Below are positions 28,391 to 40,561 of a stretch of DNA of 64,000 bases, in pieces. The stretch is from assembly GCA_963841055.1 (NCBI GenBank), contig CAWJAV010000002.1:45045-109044 (forward strand). The letters are read 5' to 3'. Position 1 is the first letter of the stretch. Every line of letters begins with the position of its first letter. Position numbers and translations under genes: made by a program. This DNA comes from an uncultured Solirubrobacteraceae bacterium (GTDB taxonomy: Bacteria > Actinomycetota > Thermoleophilia > Solirubrobacterales > Solirubrobacteraceae). Under the pieces are notes generated by a model, which did not search any database, was not told the origin of the DNA, and saw only the letters and a program-made list of their open reading frames with translations.

Positions 28391-29790
28391 GCGCTCCGAG
28401 CATCGCCGAGCTGCGGTCGATCGACCTGTTCGAGGGCCTCGACGACGAGCACCTCGCGGCCGTTGCCGCCCGCGCAGAGGTGCGCGCGCACAAGGCGGGG
28501 GAGCTGATCGCCGGTGAAGACGTGACCACGCCCGCGGTCTACCTGCTGCTCGACGGCACGGCTGAGACGTTCCGCGAGGTCAACGGCGGCCAGGAGCCCT
28601 CCGGCGATCACGCGTCGCCCACGTACCTGGGCGCGATCGCGGCGCTGACCGGCTCGCCGCTGGCCGTGCGCGTGCAGGCCAAGACCGACGTGCGGCTGGC
28701 TGTGATCGAGAGCGAGGACTTCCTAGAGTTGGCCGTGGAGAACCGCTCGATCATGCGCACCGTGCTCGCTCGCGTGCGGCCCGTCGTCGGGCGCATCACG
28801 GCGATCGAGCAGAACCGCGAGCGGCTCGAATCGCTCGGCACGATGGCGGCCGGGCTCGCGCACGAGCTCAACAACCCGGCGGCCGCGGCCAAGCGCGCCT
28901 CCTCGGAGCTGGCCGACGCGCTCGGCGTGCTCGGCTCGACGATCGGCGTGTTCGTCGAATCGGGCGTGTCGCGAGAGCAGGCGGGGGAGCTGGTCGAGAT
29001 CCAGCGCGAGGTGCTCGCCGCCTGCCAGGCCCGAGCGAAGATCCCGCAGCTCGAGCTGGCCGACGCGGAGGACGCCCTTACCGGCGCGCTCGAAGACCTC
29101 GGGGTCGGGGGCGCCTACCGGATCGTCGAACCGCTGGCGCAGGCCGGCGTCGACGCCGCGCGGCTGCAGCAGATCCGCGAGCTGGCGGGTCCGGCGACGG
29201 AGGCGGCCGTGCGCTGGATCGCCGCGTCGCTGCTGGCCCGCGAGCTCGCGGCGGAGCTCGCCGAGTCCACGGAACGGATGAGCAAGCTGGTGGCGGCCGT
29301 GAAGACATACGCCTACATGGACCGCGGCGGCCTCGTCGAGGTCGACGTCCAGGAGGGCATCGAGACGACGCTGACGATCCTCTCCCACAAGCTCAAGCAC
29401 ACCACGATCGACGTGCGCACCGAGTTCGAACCCGGGCTGCCGCGGTTCCAGGCGAACGGCGCCGAGCTCAACCAGGTCTGGACGAACCTGCTCGACAACG
29501 CCATCGACGCGCTCGGCGACTCGGGCACGATCACGGTCACCGCACACCGGGACGGGAACTGCGCGGAGGTGGAGATCGCCGACGACGGACCGGGGATCCC
29601 GCCCGACGTGCGCGAACGCATCTTCGACCCCTTCTTCACCACCAAGGAGGTCGGCCGCGGCACCGGCCTGGGCCTCGACACCGCGCGGCGGATCGTGGTC
29701 GACCGTCACCGCGGCTCGCTGAACGTGGAATCGGAGCCGGGGAGGACGGTGTTCCGCGTGCGGCTGCCGACGGACGCCACCGAGGAGTGA
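28387..29790 (+). CDS. Sensor histidine kinase with N-terminal cNMP-binding-like domain
   Basis: LF.GL..E.L cNMP-like start; LAHELNNP H-box, LNQVWTNLLDNA, DDGPGI, FFTTK..G.GTGLGL. Confidence 0.92.
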   Translation: MSAPSIAELRSIDLFEGLDDEHLAAVAARAEVRAHKAGELIAGEDVTTPAVYLLLDGTAETFREVNGGQEPSGDHASPTYLGAIAALTGSPLAVRVQAKTDVRLAVIESEDFLELAVENRSIMRTVLARVRPVVGRITAIEQNRERLESLGTMAAGLAHELNNPAAAAKRASSELADALGVLGSTIGVFVESGVSREQAGELVEIQREVLAACQARAKIPQLELADAEDALTGALEDLGVGGAYRIVEPLAQAGVDAARLQQIRELAGPATEAAVRWIAASLLARELAAELAESTERMSKLVAAVKTYAYMDRGGLVEVDVQEGIETTLTILSHKLKHTTIDVRTEFEPGLPRFQANGAELNQVWTNLLDNAIDALGDSGTITVTAHRDGNCAEVEIADDGPGIPPDVRERIFDPFFTTKEVGRGTGLGLDTARRIVVDRHRGSLNVESEPGRTVFRVRLPTDATEE

Positions 29791-30248
29791 GCGTCGCCGG
29801 CGCGCCGGTCCGTGTCGAGGCGGTCGACGCGGCCGCAGGACGCGCGTTGCGGATGGCCGTGCTGCGCCCGCAGGAGCACCAGGGTGGGGCTATGTACCCC
29901 CTCGAGGAGGACCCTACGACGCTCCACTTCGCCGGGCTGGCGGCGGGCGGCGAGGTGCTCGCGGTCGGCAGTGTCATGCCCGAGGCCCACCCCCACCGGC
30001 CACGCCCGGGCGACTGGAGGATCAGGGGGATGGCCACGCGAGCCCAGGATCGGGGGAAGGGCCTCGGCACGAGCGTGCTCGGGGCGATCGAGGGCGCCGT
30101 GCGCGAAGCGGGCGGGGCGCGGCTGTGGTGCAACGCCCGCGTCGGTGCCGCCGCTTTCTATGCGCGCGCGGGCTTTCAGATCGAAGGCGAGGAATACGAG
30201 ATCGAGGGGATCGGGCCGCACTTCCTGATGAGCCGGCCGATCGGCTGA
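29787..30248 (+). CDS. GNAT family N-acetyltransferase
   Basis: WRIRGMAT..RGKGLG, LWCNAR..A..FYARAGF. Confidence 0.88.
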   Translation: MSVAGAPVRVEAVDAAAGRALRMAVLRPQEHQGGAMYPLEEDPTTLHFAGLAAGGEVLAVGSVMPEAHPHRPRPGDWRIRGMATRAQDRGKGLGTSVLGAIEGAVREAGGARLWCNARVGAAAFYARAGFQIEGEEYEIEGIGPHFLMSRPIG

Positions 30249-30289
30249 GCAGGCAACGGGCGCCCCGGCGCCTGCACTATTGTCGGGCG

Positions 30290-31225
30290 ATGGCGGGAAT
30301 CCCGATCAACATTGCGGAACTTGTCGGGGAGACGCCGCTGGTCGAGCTGCCGTCGCTGCTCGAGAAGGGCGCTGACGGGGTGCGCCTGTTCGCCAAGCTC
30401 GAGGCCTTCAACCCCGGCGGCAGCGTCAAGGACCGAATCGGCGTGGCGATGATCGAGGCGGCCGAGGCCGAGGGACGGATCGAGCCGGGACGGACCACGA
30501 TCGTCGAGGCGACCAGCGGCAACACCGGCATCGCCCTCGCCTTCGTCTGCGCCGCCAAGGGCTATGAGCTCGTGCTGACGCTGCCGCAGGGGATGAGCCG
30601 CGAGCGCGAGAGCCTGCTGCGGCTGTACGGCGCGCGCGTGGACATCACCGAGTCGCTCGGCGGGATGGGCGAGGCGGTGGCGGCGGCGCGGGCGATGGCC
30701 CGGCGCGACGACGTCTTCCTGCCCGACCAGTTCTCAAATCCCGCCAACCCCGAGGCCCACCGCCGCACCACCGGCCCGGAGATCGCGAGGGCGCTCGACG
30801 GCGAGGTCGACATACTGGTGGCCGGCGTCGGCACCGGGGGCACGATCACCGGCGTCGGCGAGCACCTGCGCGAGCACTGCAATCCGAAGCTGAGGGTGAT
30901 CGCGGTCGAGCCGCAGAGCTCGGCCGTGCTCTCCGGAGGCGAGTTGGGACCCCATCGAATCCAGGGGATCGGCGCGGGGTTCGTCCCGCCCGTCCTCAAC
31001 CGCGAGCTGATCGACGAGGTGATCGCGGTGTCCGACGACGATGCGATCCACACGGCTTGGCTGTGCGCGCGCAGTGTCGGACTGCTCGCGGGGATCTCCT
31101 GCGGCGCCGCCATGCACGCGGCCCTCGAGGTGGCATCGCGGCCGGAGTCCGCGGGCCGCCGGATCGTCGTCGTGATGCCCGACTCCGGCGAGCGGTACGT
31201 CTCCCAGCCGTTCTTCGCCCCCTGA
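30290..31225 (+). CDS. cysK: Cysteine synthase A
   Basis: KLEAFNPGGSVKDRI, EATSGNTG, GVGTGGT, HRIQGIGAGF, DSGERY. Confidence 0.96.
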   Translation: MAGIPINIAELVGETPLVELPSLLEKGADGVRLFAKLEAFNPGGSVKDRIGVAMIEAAEAEGRIEPGRTTIVEATSGNTGIALAFVCAAKGYELVLTLPQGMSRERESLLRLYGARVDITESLGGMGEAVAAARAMARRDDVFLPDQFSNPANPEAHRRTTGPEIARALDGEVDILVAGVGTGGTITGVGEHLREHCNPKLRVIAVEPQSSAVLSGGELGPHRIQGIGAGFVPPVLNRELIDEVIAVSDDDAIHTAWLCARSVGLLAGISCGAAMHAALEVASRPESAGRRIVVVMPDSGERYVSQPFFAP

Positions 31226-31295
31226 GCCGCGCCGCCTCGCCCGCAAGCTCCGGAACATCTGTTGCACGCGCAAGGATCCCCGCTACGCTTCTCCC

Positions 31296-32033
31296 ATGGC
31301 CGGTTTCAGCGCCTTCGCTCGGGTCGCCAAGGAGGTCAGGCGCGACGTCATCGCGGCGCGCGATCGAGACCCGGCGGCGCGGGGCGTCCAGCCGGCCGAG
31401 ATCCTCGCCACCTGGCCCGGCATCCACGCCCTGCTCGCCTACCGCGTGGCACACGCCATGTACGTCTCCGGCGTGCCCCTGATGCCCCGCGTGATCTCGA
31501 TGCTGACGCGCACCGTCACCGGGATCGAGATCCATCCGGCGGCGAACATCGGCCCGGGACTGTTCATCGACCATGGCGCCGGCGTCGTGATCGGCGAGAC
31601 GGCGGACATCGGCGACAACGTCACCCTCTACCAGGGCGTGACCCTCGGCGGCACCGGCTTTCAGACCGGCAAGCGCCACCCGACCGTGCAGGACAACGTG
31701 ACGATCGGCTCGGGCGCGAAGCTGCTCGGCCCGATCACGATCGGCCACGGCGCGAAGATCGGGGCCAACAGCGTGGTCATCACCGATGTGCCGCCGAACT
31801 CCACCGTCGTCGGCAACCCGGGGCATCCCGTGCGGGTGGACGGCCGCCGGCCCGAGGGGCCCGACGTCGACTGGATCCACCTGCCCGACCCGATCGCCGA
31901 GGCGCTCCAGGCCCTCTCCGGCCGGATCGCCACGCTCGAACGGATGGTGGCCGAACTCTCCGACGAGCCCCAGCCGGTCGCCGAGGTGCGCCCGCTGCGG
32001 ACCGTTCGCGGTCCGAACCCCGCAGGCGGCTAG
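31296..32033 (+). CDS. cysE: Serine O-acetyltransferase
   Basis: RDPAA, TGIEIHPAA.IG..LFIDHG.GVVIGET, TLGGTG..GKRHP hexapeptide repeats. Confidence 0.96.
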   Translation: MAGFSAFARVAKEVRRDVIAARDRDPAARGVQPAEILATWPGIHALLAYRVAHAMYVSGVPLMPRVISMLTRTVTGIEIHPAANIGPGLFIDHGAGVVIGETADIGDNVTLYQGVTLGGTGFQTGKRHPTVQDNVTIGSGAKLLGPITIGHGAKIGANSVVITDVPPNSTVVGNPGHPVRVDGRRPEGPDVDWIHLPDPIAEALQALSGRIATLERMVAELSDEPQPVAEVRPLRTVRGPNPAGG

Positions 32034-32088
32034 CTGTGTCATCACGGCGCTCGCGCGGCTGCCGTAGGCGCATCTATGCTCAGCGCAG

Positions 32089-34473
<2,385 letters not shown>

Positions 34474-34516
34474 GGCCGGCCGGGCTTCCGCGCCGCCAGG
34501 GCATAGCATCTGCGGT

Positions 34517-35413
34517 ATGGCCGCCAAGCTGATCGACGGGAAGGCGATCGCCGCCCGTGTCCGCGCCGACGTCGCCGTCGAGGTGACCCGGTTCGTCGAG
34601 ATCCACGGCCGGCCGCCGGGACTCGCCACGGTGCTCGTCGGCGACGATCCCGCCTCCGCCGTCTACGTGGGCGGCAAGCAGCGTGCGAGCGAGGAGGTCG
34701 GGATCGTGCCCTTCGACCGCCGCCTGCCCGCCGACGCTGAGGCCGACCGGGTGGCCGAGGAGCTCGAGGCGCTCAACGACGACCCGGCCGTCAGCGGCAT
34801 CCTGCTCCAGCTCCCCCTTCCCGACCACCTCGACGGACCCTCTCTGACCGGGATGATCGTCCCGGAGAAGGACGTCGACGGGCTCACGCCGATCAACGCC
34901 GGGCTGCTGGCGCTCGGCAGCCCGGGACTCCGGCCCTGCACCCCCGCCGGCGTGATGGTGCTGCTCGAGGAGGCGGGCGTCGAGCTCGAGGGGGCGGAGG
35001 CGGTCGTGGTGGGGCGCTCGAACCTGTTCGGCAAGCCGATGGGACAGCTGCTGCTCGCCGCCAACGCGACCGTCACGACCTGTCACTCGCGCACGCGCGA
35101 CCTGGCCGCGGTCTGTGCGCGGGCCGACGTCCTGATCGCCGCGATCGGCAGGCCGCGGATGATCGGCGCCGCGCACGTCAAGCCCGGCGCCGTCGTGATC
35201 GATGTCGGCATGAGCCGCCTGACGCCCGAGCAGGCGGGGAACAAGAGTGGCCTGGTGGGGGACGTCGATCAGGCAGCCGTCGCCGAGCTCGCCTCGGCGA
35301 TCACGCCCGTGCCCGGCGGCGTCGGGCCGATGACGATCGCGATGCTGCTGCGCAACACGCTCCAGGCCGCCCGCTATCAGGCCGAGCTCGAGGGGGCCTG
35401 GGGAGCCGCATGA
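34517..35413 (+). CDS. folD: Methylenetetrahydrofolate dehydrogenase/cyclohydrolase
   Basis: IDGKAIA, GILLQLPLP, KDVDG, PCTP, VGRS, TPVPGGVGPMT. Confidence 0.97.
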   Translation: MAAKLIDGKAIAARVRADVAVEVTRFVEIHGRPPGLATVLVGDDPASAVYVGGKQRASEEVGIVPFDRRLPADAEADRVAEELEALNDDPAVSGILLQLPLPDHLDGPSLTGMIVPEKDVDGLTPINAGLLALGSPGLRPCTPAGVMVLLEEAGVELEGAEAVVVGRSNLFGKPMGQLLLAANATVTTCHSRTRDLAAVCARADVLIAAIGRPRMIGAAHVKPGAVVIDVGMSRLTPEQAGNKSGLVGDVDQAAVAELASAITPVPGGVGPMTIAMLLRNTLQAARYQAELEGAWGAA

Positions 35414-35841
35414 AGCTTCGCAGCGGAGAGCTGACGGCACTGGCCGGGATCGGCTGCATGATCGCGTCCCTCGTCCTGCCCTGGTACGAAACGGCGGCGG
35501 GCAACCTCGACTTCTGGGACACGTTCGGGCCGGCCGCCGTGCTGATGCTCGCCGCCCTCAGCGCCGCTCTGGCGATGGTGCTCGCGGCGCTGCTCGAGCG
35601 GGACAGCCAGGCGCTGCCGATCTCGACGGCGGTGTGGAGCGTGGTGCTCGGGCTGATCGGCACGGTCGCGGCGCTCGTGCGGGTGCTCGAGCGCCCGGAG
35701 CACGCAAGCGGCCTCTGCACGGGTGCCTGGCTCGGCCTGGCCGGCGCCGTGCTGATCCTGCTCGGCTCGTGGCTGGTGATTCGCGATGAACGCCCGTCGC
35801 GCTACCGGCCCGCGCGTCCGGCGGCGCGGCCGCGCCCCTAG
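35410..35841 (+). CDS. Four-TM membrane protein
   Basis: Four hydrophobic segments, LPWY motif; overlaps the folD stop. Confidence 0.75.
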   Translation: MKLRSGELTALAGIGCMIASLVLPWYETAAGNLDFWDTFGPAAVLMLAALSAALAMVLAALLERDSQALPISTAVWSVVLGLIGTVAALVRVLERPEHASGLCTGAWLGLAGAVLILLGSWLVIRDERPSRYRPARPAARPRP

Positions 35842-35852
35842 AATCAGCGCCT

Positions 35853-36137
35853 GTGATCGACCGCGAGGAGGTCCTGCACGTCGCCCGCCTGGCCCGCCTG
35901 GCGCTGAGCGAGGACGAGATCGAGCCGATGGCCCGCGAGCTCTCGGCCGTGCTCGACCACGTCGCCACGATCGGCGAGCTCGACCTCGGCGACGTCCCAC
36001 CCACCTCGCACGTGGTCGAGGTCACCGGCCGCCTGCGCCCCGACGAGCCGCGCCCCTCCTGGCCCCGCGAGGAGATGCTCGCGGCTGCCCCCGACGCAGG
36101 CGAGGACGGATTCCTCGTCCCCAGCCCGCAGGCATGA
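35853..36137 (+). CDS. gatC: Asp/Glu-tRNA amidotransferase subunit C
   Basis: [22 protein letters not shown]. Confidence 0.95.
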   Translation: MIDREEVLHVARLARLALSEDEIEPMARELSAVLDHVATIGELDLGDVPPTSHVVEVTGRLRPDEPRPSWPREEMLAAAPDAGEDGFLVPSPQA

Positions 36138-37573
36138 TCTCGGCCGACATGCTCGAGCTCACCGCGGCCCAGGCCGCCGATCGGATCGCGGCGGGCGAGC
36201 TCTCCGCGGGCGAGCTGTTCTCCTTCTACCGCGAGCGTGCCTCCGCAGACCGCGCCGCGGGCGAGGGCGGCCTGAACTGCTTCACCTGGGTGGCTGCGGA
36301 CGGGGCGGGTGCGGATATCGAGGGCCCCCTGGCCGGGGTGCCGCTGGCCGTCAAGGACCTGTTCTGCACGCGGGGCGTCCCCAGCCAGTCGGGCTCGCGG
36401 ATCCTCGAGGGCTATCAGCCCCCCTACACGGCGACGGCCGTCGAGCGCCTGCAGCGCTCCGGTGCGCCGCTGCTGGCGAAGACCAACCAGGACGAGTTCG
36501 CGATGGGCTCCTCGAATGAGAACTCCGCATACGGTCCGGTCCGCAACCCGTGGGACCGCACGCGGGTGCCCGGAGGCTCCTCCGGGGGCAGCGCGGCCGC
36601 CGTCGCGGCGGGCCTTGCGCCGTGGGCGCTCGGCACTGACACCGGCGGCTCGATCCGCCAGCCTGCCGCGCTGTGCGGGATCGTCGGCATGAAACCGACC
36701 TACGGCTCGGTGTCCCGCTACGGGATGATCGCCTTCGCATCCTCCCTGGACCAGGCGGGGCCGCTGACCCGGGACGTGCGTGACGCGGCTCTGCTGCTCG
36801 GCCGGATGGTCGGCCAGGACCCCTGCGACGCGACCTCGCTGCAGTTCCCCGGCGAGATCGCCCTGCCCTCGGCCGAGCGGCTGGACGGGGTCAGGCTCGG
36901 CGTGCCCGCCGAGCTGACCGGCGAGGGCATCGAAGCGGGCGTCAAGGCTGCCTTCGGCGCGGCCCTCGAGCAGGCGATCGCGCTCGGCGCCGAGCTGGTC
37001 GAGGTCTCATTGCCGCACGCTCCGCACGCGCTGTCGGCCTACTACGTGCTGGCGCCCGCCGAGTGCTCCTCGAATCTCGCCCGCTTCGACGGCGTCCGCT
37101 ACGGGCTGCGCGCCGAGGGGGCCCGCGACCTGCTCGACATGTACACCCGCAGTCGCCACGACGGCTTCGGCCCGGAGGTCAAGCGTCGGGTGATGCTCGG
37201 CACCTACGCGCTCTCCTCCGGCTACTACGACGCCTACTACGGCCGCGCCCAGCGCGTCCGCACGAAGATCGCCCAGGACTTCGCCGCCGCCTTCGAGCGG
37301 GTCGACTACATCGTCGCGCCGACCTCGCCCACGGTCGCCTTCTCGCTCGGCGAGAAGACCGGCGACCCGCTGGCCATGTACCTGAACGACTTCTGCACGG
37401 TGCCGATGTCGCTGGCGGGGATCCCGGCGATCTCGATCCCCTGCGGGCTGAGCGGCGGCCTGCCGGTCGGGCTGCAGCTGGCGGGCGCGGCCTTCAGCGA
37501 GAACGGCCTGCTCGAGGCGGCCCATGCGCTCGAGCTGGCCCTCGCTTTCGACGGGAGCGGGGCCCGTGTCTGA
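36134..37573 (+). CDS. gatA: Asp/Glu-tRNA amidotransferase subunit A
   Basis: [53 protein letters not shown]. Confidence 0.96.
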   Translation: MISADMLELTAAQAADRIAAGELSAGELFSFYRERASADRAAGEGGLNCFTWVAADGAGADIEGPLAGVPLAVKDLFCTRGVPSQSGSRILEGYQPPYTATAVERLQRSGAPLLAKTNQDEFAMGSSNENSAYGPVRNPWDRTRVPGGSSGGSAAAVAAGLAPWALGTDTGGSIRQPAALCGIVGMKPTYGSVSRYGMIAFASSLDQAGPLTRDVRDAALLLGRMVGQDPCDATSLQFPGEIALPSAERLDGVRLGVPAELTGEGIEAGVKAAFGAALEQAIALGAELVEVSLPHAPHALSAYYVLAPAECSSNLARFDGVRYGLRAEGARDLLDMYTRSRHDGFGPEVKRRVMLGTYALSSGYYDAYYGRAQRVRTKIAQDFAAAFERVDYIVAPTSPTVAFSLGEKTGDPLAMYLNDFCTVPMSLAGIPAISIPCGLSGGLPVGLQLAGAAFSENGLLEAAHALELALAFDGSGARV

Positions 37574-39011
37574 GCAGGGCGCCCTGGAGGCCGTGATCGG
37601 CCTGGAGATCCACATCCAGCTGGCCACCGCCACGAAGATGTTCTGCAGCTGCGCCCTGTCCTTCGGGGAGCCGCCCAACACCCACACCTGCCCCGTCTGC
37701 CTGGGCCTGCCCGGAAGCCTCCCGGTGGCCAACGCGCGGGCCGTGCACTTCGGCCTGATGATCGGGCTCGCGGTCGGCTCCGAGCTCGCGCCCCGCTCGA
37801 TCTTCCACCGCAAGAACTACTTCTATCCGGACCTGCCCAAGGGCTACCAGATCTCCCAGTACGACGAGCCCCTGTGCCGCGGCGGGCAGCTCGGCGAGGT
37901 GCGCATCCACCGCGTTCACCTTGAGGAGGACGCCGCGAAGCTCACGCACGTCGGCGCCAGCGGCCGGATCCACGGCTCGGACGCGAGCATCGTCGACTTC
38001 AACCGCGGCGGCACCCCGCTCGCCGAGATCGTCACCGAGCCCGACCTGCGCTCGGCCGAGCAGGCCGGCGAGTGGCTGAAGCTGCTGCGCACGACGATGC
38101 GCCGCCTCGGCGTGAGCGATGTGAACATGGAGGAGGGCTCGCTGCGCTGCGACGCCAACATCTCGCTGCGGCCGTCAGGAAGCGAGGAGCTGGGCGTGAA
38201 GACGGAGCTGAAGAACATGAACTCCTTCCGCTTCATCGAACGGGGCATCCGCGCCGAGGTCGCCCGCCAGGCGAAGATCATCGAAGGGGGCGGCGCGGTC
38301 ATCCAGGAGACGCTGCACTTCGATCCGGCCTCAGGCGCGATCACCTCACTGCGCTCCAAGGAGGAGGCCCACGACTACCGCTACTTCCCCGAGCCGGACC
38401 TCGTGCCGGTGGCGATCGACGAGCAGATGCTCCAGGCGGCCCGGGCGGACATGTCCGAGCTGCCCGCCGAGCGCTCCGCCCGCCTGGAACGCGAGGCAGG
38501 CCTGGCCGCCGACAGCGCCCAGCTGCTGGCCTTCCGGGGCGAGCTCGGCGACTACTTCGAGGCGGCTCTCGCCGCCGGCGCCGAGCCGGCGCCGCCGCCC
38601 CAGCAGCTCGCCAACTGGCTCACGACCGAGCTGCTCGGCAGGCTCGGCGAGATCGACGACCCCGCGCAGTCGCGCGTCACGCCCGGCGCGCTCGGGTCGC
38701 TCGTCGGGCTCGTCGCGGCCAAGCAGGTCACCGTCGGCGCGGGACGCACCGTGCTCGAGCGCCTCATCGCCGAGGGGGGCGAGCCGCAGGCGATCGTCGA
38801 GCGCGAGGGCCTCGCGGCGATGGACGGGGGGGACGAGCTGGCGGCGATCGTCGCCGCGGCGCTCGAGGCCAACCCGGACGCCGCCCAGCGGGTCCGGGAA
38901 GGAAACGCCAAGGCGATCGGGCCGATCGTCGGCCAGGTGATGCGCGAGACCAAGGGACGTGCCGACGGCACCGAGGTCTCGCGGCTGGTCAACGAGCAGC
39001 TCGGAGTCTGA
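37566..39011 (+). CDS. gatB: Asp/Glu-tRNA amidotransferase subunit B
   Basis: [52 protein letters not shown]. Confidence 0.97.
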   Translation: MSEQGALEAVIGLEIHIQLATATKMFCSCALSFGEPPNTHTCPVCLGLPGSLPVANARAVHFGLMIGLAVGSELAPRSIFHRKNYFYPDLPKGYQISQYDEPLCRGGQLGEVRIHRVHLEEDAAKLTHVGASGRIHGSDASIVDFNRGGTPLAEIVTEPDLRSAEQAGEWLKLLRTTMRRLGVSDVNMEEGSLRCDANISLRPSGSEELGVKTELKNMNSFRFIERGIRAEVARQAKIIEGGGAVIQETLHFDPASGAITSLRSKEEAHDYRYFPEPDLVPVAIDEQMLQAARADMSELPAERSARLEREAGLAADSAQLLAFRGELGDYFEAALAAGAEPAPPPQQLANWLTTELLGRLGEIDDPAQSRVTPGALGSLVGLVAAKQVTVGAGRTVLERLIAEGGEPQAIVEREGLAAMDGGDELAAIVAAALEANPDAAQRVREGNAKAIGPIVGQVMRETKGRADGTEVSRLVNEQLGV

Positions 39012-39123
39012 AGGCGGGTTTCGAGGTCGGGCAGGAGCCCAACGCATCCCCCACAGGGGCCCCGGCCACATTTTGGACTTCCGTCGAATGGAATCGGGGC
39101 GCCGCGGGGCCATCATGCTGCTC

Positions 39124-39348
39124 ATGAACCGGTCAGCAGGCCACTCCAACTCCTCGAGACTTCCTCGGCGGTTCATCCTCCTGCCCGAGGTCGAGGCGGA
39201 TGCGGGACGGCACGGTCCTCGCGTTCGTCGCTATCGCCTGACAAGTGTCGGGCTGGGGGCGGGTAGACAGCGCTCCGATCACAGCGGCGCGGATATCGTG
39301 ACGGCACGGACAGCCCGCGATCTGAGTCCGTTGGATCGCATGAGCTGA
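39124..39348 (+). CDS. Small hypothetical protein
   Basis: About 74 aa ORF in an otherwise empty gap, followed by a hairpin. Confidence 0.35.
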   Translation: MNRSAGHSNSSRLPRRFILLPEVEADAGRHGPRVRRYRLTSVGLGAGRQRSDHSGADIVTARTARDLSPLDRMS

Positions 39349-39365
39349 GCCCCTCCCATTACGAC

Positions 39366-39391
39366 GACGCCCGCTTCCCTCGGCGGGCGTC
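39366..39391 (+). terminator. GC-rich hairpin, possible terminator
   Basis: GACGCCCGC-N8-GCGGGCGTC just after the 39348 stop; no U-tract. Confidence 0.4.
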
Positions 39392-39397
39392 CAGGTG

Positions 39398-39435
39398 TGC
39401 GGCCGGACAGGGGATTCCCTCCCTGTCCGGCCGCA
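39398..39435. repeat. Perfect 15-bp inverted repeat immediately upstream of a -10 box
   Basis: TGCGGCCGGACAGGG-N8-CCCTGTCCGGCCGCA; TAACAT at 39443-48. Confidence 0.85.
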
Positions 39436-39456
39436 TTGCCGTTAACATTCAGTCAT

Positions 39457-39633
39457 ATGAACGAGTCGTCCTCACGGTCAATCGGTCGCACGGTCGTAGC
39501 CGCCCTGGTCCTGCTCGTGGTCGGCTGGCTGCTGCTCGGCGTGATCGGCCACGTGCTGTCGTTCCTCTTCAGCACGGTGCTCCTCGTCGTCGCCGTGATC
39601 GCCGTGATCTGGGCGTTGCGCGTGCTGCTCTAG
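39457..39633 (+). CDS. Small two-TM membrane protein
   Basis: 58 aa, almost entirely hydrophobic; TAACAT 8 nt before the ATG. Confidence 0.7.
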   Translation: MNESSSRSIGRTVVAALVLLVVGWLLLGVIGHVLSFLFSTVLLVVAVIAVIWALRVLL

Positions 39634-39646
39634 GCGCGCGGGGGCC

Positions 39647-39943
39647 GTGGCCTACGTCATCATCGCCGTCTGCTTCGGCCTCTCGGGGGGGATAATCGCG
39701 AAGCTCAAGGGCAGCTCGTTCCTGCTCTGGTTCCTGATCTCGGGGCTGGTTCCCTTCTTCGGCCTGCTCGCGGCGATCGCCTACCGCTTCGAGCGCGACG
39801 AGTTCCGGCGCGAGTGCCCGCGCTGCGGCCGGGTGACGAAGATCTACGACGCGATCTGCTTGCGCTGCGGCGAGGAGCTCGAGTTCCCGGAGCGGCCGAT
39901 CGCGCCCGAATCCTGGCAGCGCACGCCCGCCTCACCGAGCTGA
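39647..39943 (+). CDS. Small membrane protein with C-terminal zinc ribbon
   Basis: Two TM helices then CPRC...CLRC. Confidence 0.75.
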   Translation: MAYVIIAVCFGLSGGIIAKLKGSSFLLWFLISGLVPFFGLLAAIAYRFERDEFRRECPRCGRVTKIYDAICLRCGEELEFPERPIAPESWQRTPASPS

Positions 39944-39944
39944 G

Positions 39945-39984
39945 CGGCTTCGGGTTCCCTAAGCCGGATTCGGCCTGCCTAAGC
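39945..39984 (+). repeat. Tandem 20-bp imperfect direct repeat upstream of the VIT1-like gene
   Basis: CGGCTTCGGGTTCCCTAAGC / CGGATTCGGCCTGCCTAAGC (16/20 identical), then TATGTT at 39997-40002. Confidence 0.7.
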
Positions 39985-40008
39985 CGATCGGTGGCTTATG
40001 TTGTGGCC

Positions 40009-40551
40009 ATGAGCACCGATGCCAAGGTGGCCGTCCAGCCGGGAGACTCGCTGATCGCGCGGCTGATCCACAAGGCCGGTTTCAAGGACGAGCCGGAATT
40101 CGTGCTGCGCGTCGTGCAGCCGGCGCTCGTCGGCATGATCGACGGCACCGTCTCCTCGCTGGCGCCGATCTTCGCGGCCGCGATCGCCTCCAGCTCGCAC
40201 ACCGCTCTGGTGGTCGGCCTCGGCGTGGCGCTCGGCGCCGGTGTGAGCATGGGCTGGTCGGAGGCGCTGTCCGACACGGGCGAACAGACCGGCCGCGGCT
40301 CGGCCGTCGTGCGCGGCTCGATCACCGGCGGCATGACCACGCTCGGCGGGATCTTCCACACGCTGCCGTTCTTGATCTCCGACGTCCACAAGGCGCTGAT
40401 CGTCGCCGGCACCGTGGTGGCGTTCGAGCTGTTCGCGATCGCCTGGGTGAGAAAACGGTTCCTGCGGGTCTCGATGCGCTCCTCGCTGCTGACGGTCACG
40501 CTGGGCGGCGCGATCACGCTCGCGATCGGCGTCGGTCTCGGCTTCTCATAG
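40009..40551 (+). CDS. VIT1/CCC1-family membrane protein (resembles the MbfA membrane domain)
   Basis: VQPALVGMIDGTVSSLAPIFAAA, GAGVSMGWSEALSD.G..TGRGS, GGIFHTLPFLI, EL.AIAW. Confidence 0.85.
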   Translation: MSTDAKVAVQPGDSLIARLIHKAGFKDEPEFVLRVVQPALVGMIDGTVSSLAPIFAAAIASSSHTALVVGLGVALGAGVSMGWSEALSDTGEQTGRGSAVVRGSITGGMTTLGGIFHTLPFLISDVHKALIVAGTVVAFELFAIAWVRKRFLRVSMRSSLLTVTLGGAITLAIGVGLGFS

Positions 40552-40561
40552 GGGGCGGTCC

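Noticed and set aside
19907-30289. Prophage, ICE or IS explanation for the accessory block
   Set aside because: No integrase, transposase or phage genes and no convincing terminal direct repeats; only a 9-bp GC-rich match (GGCGCCTGC) expected by chance.
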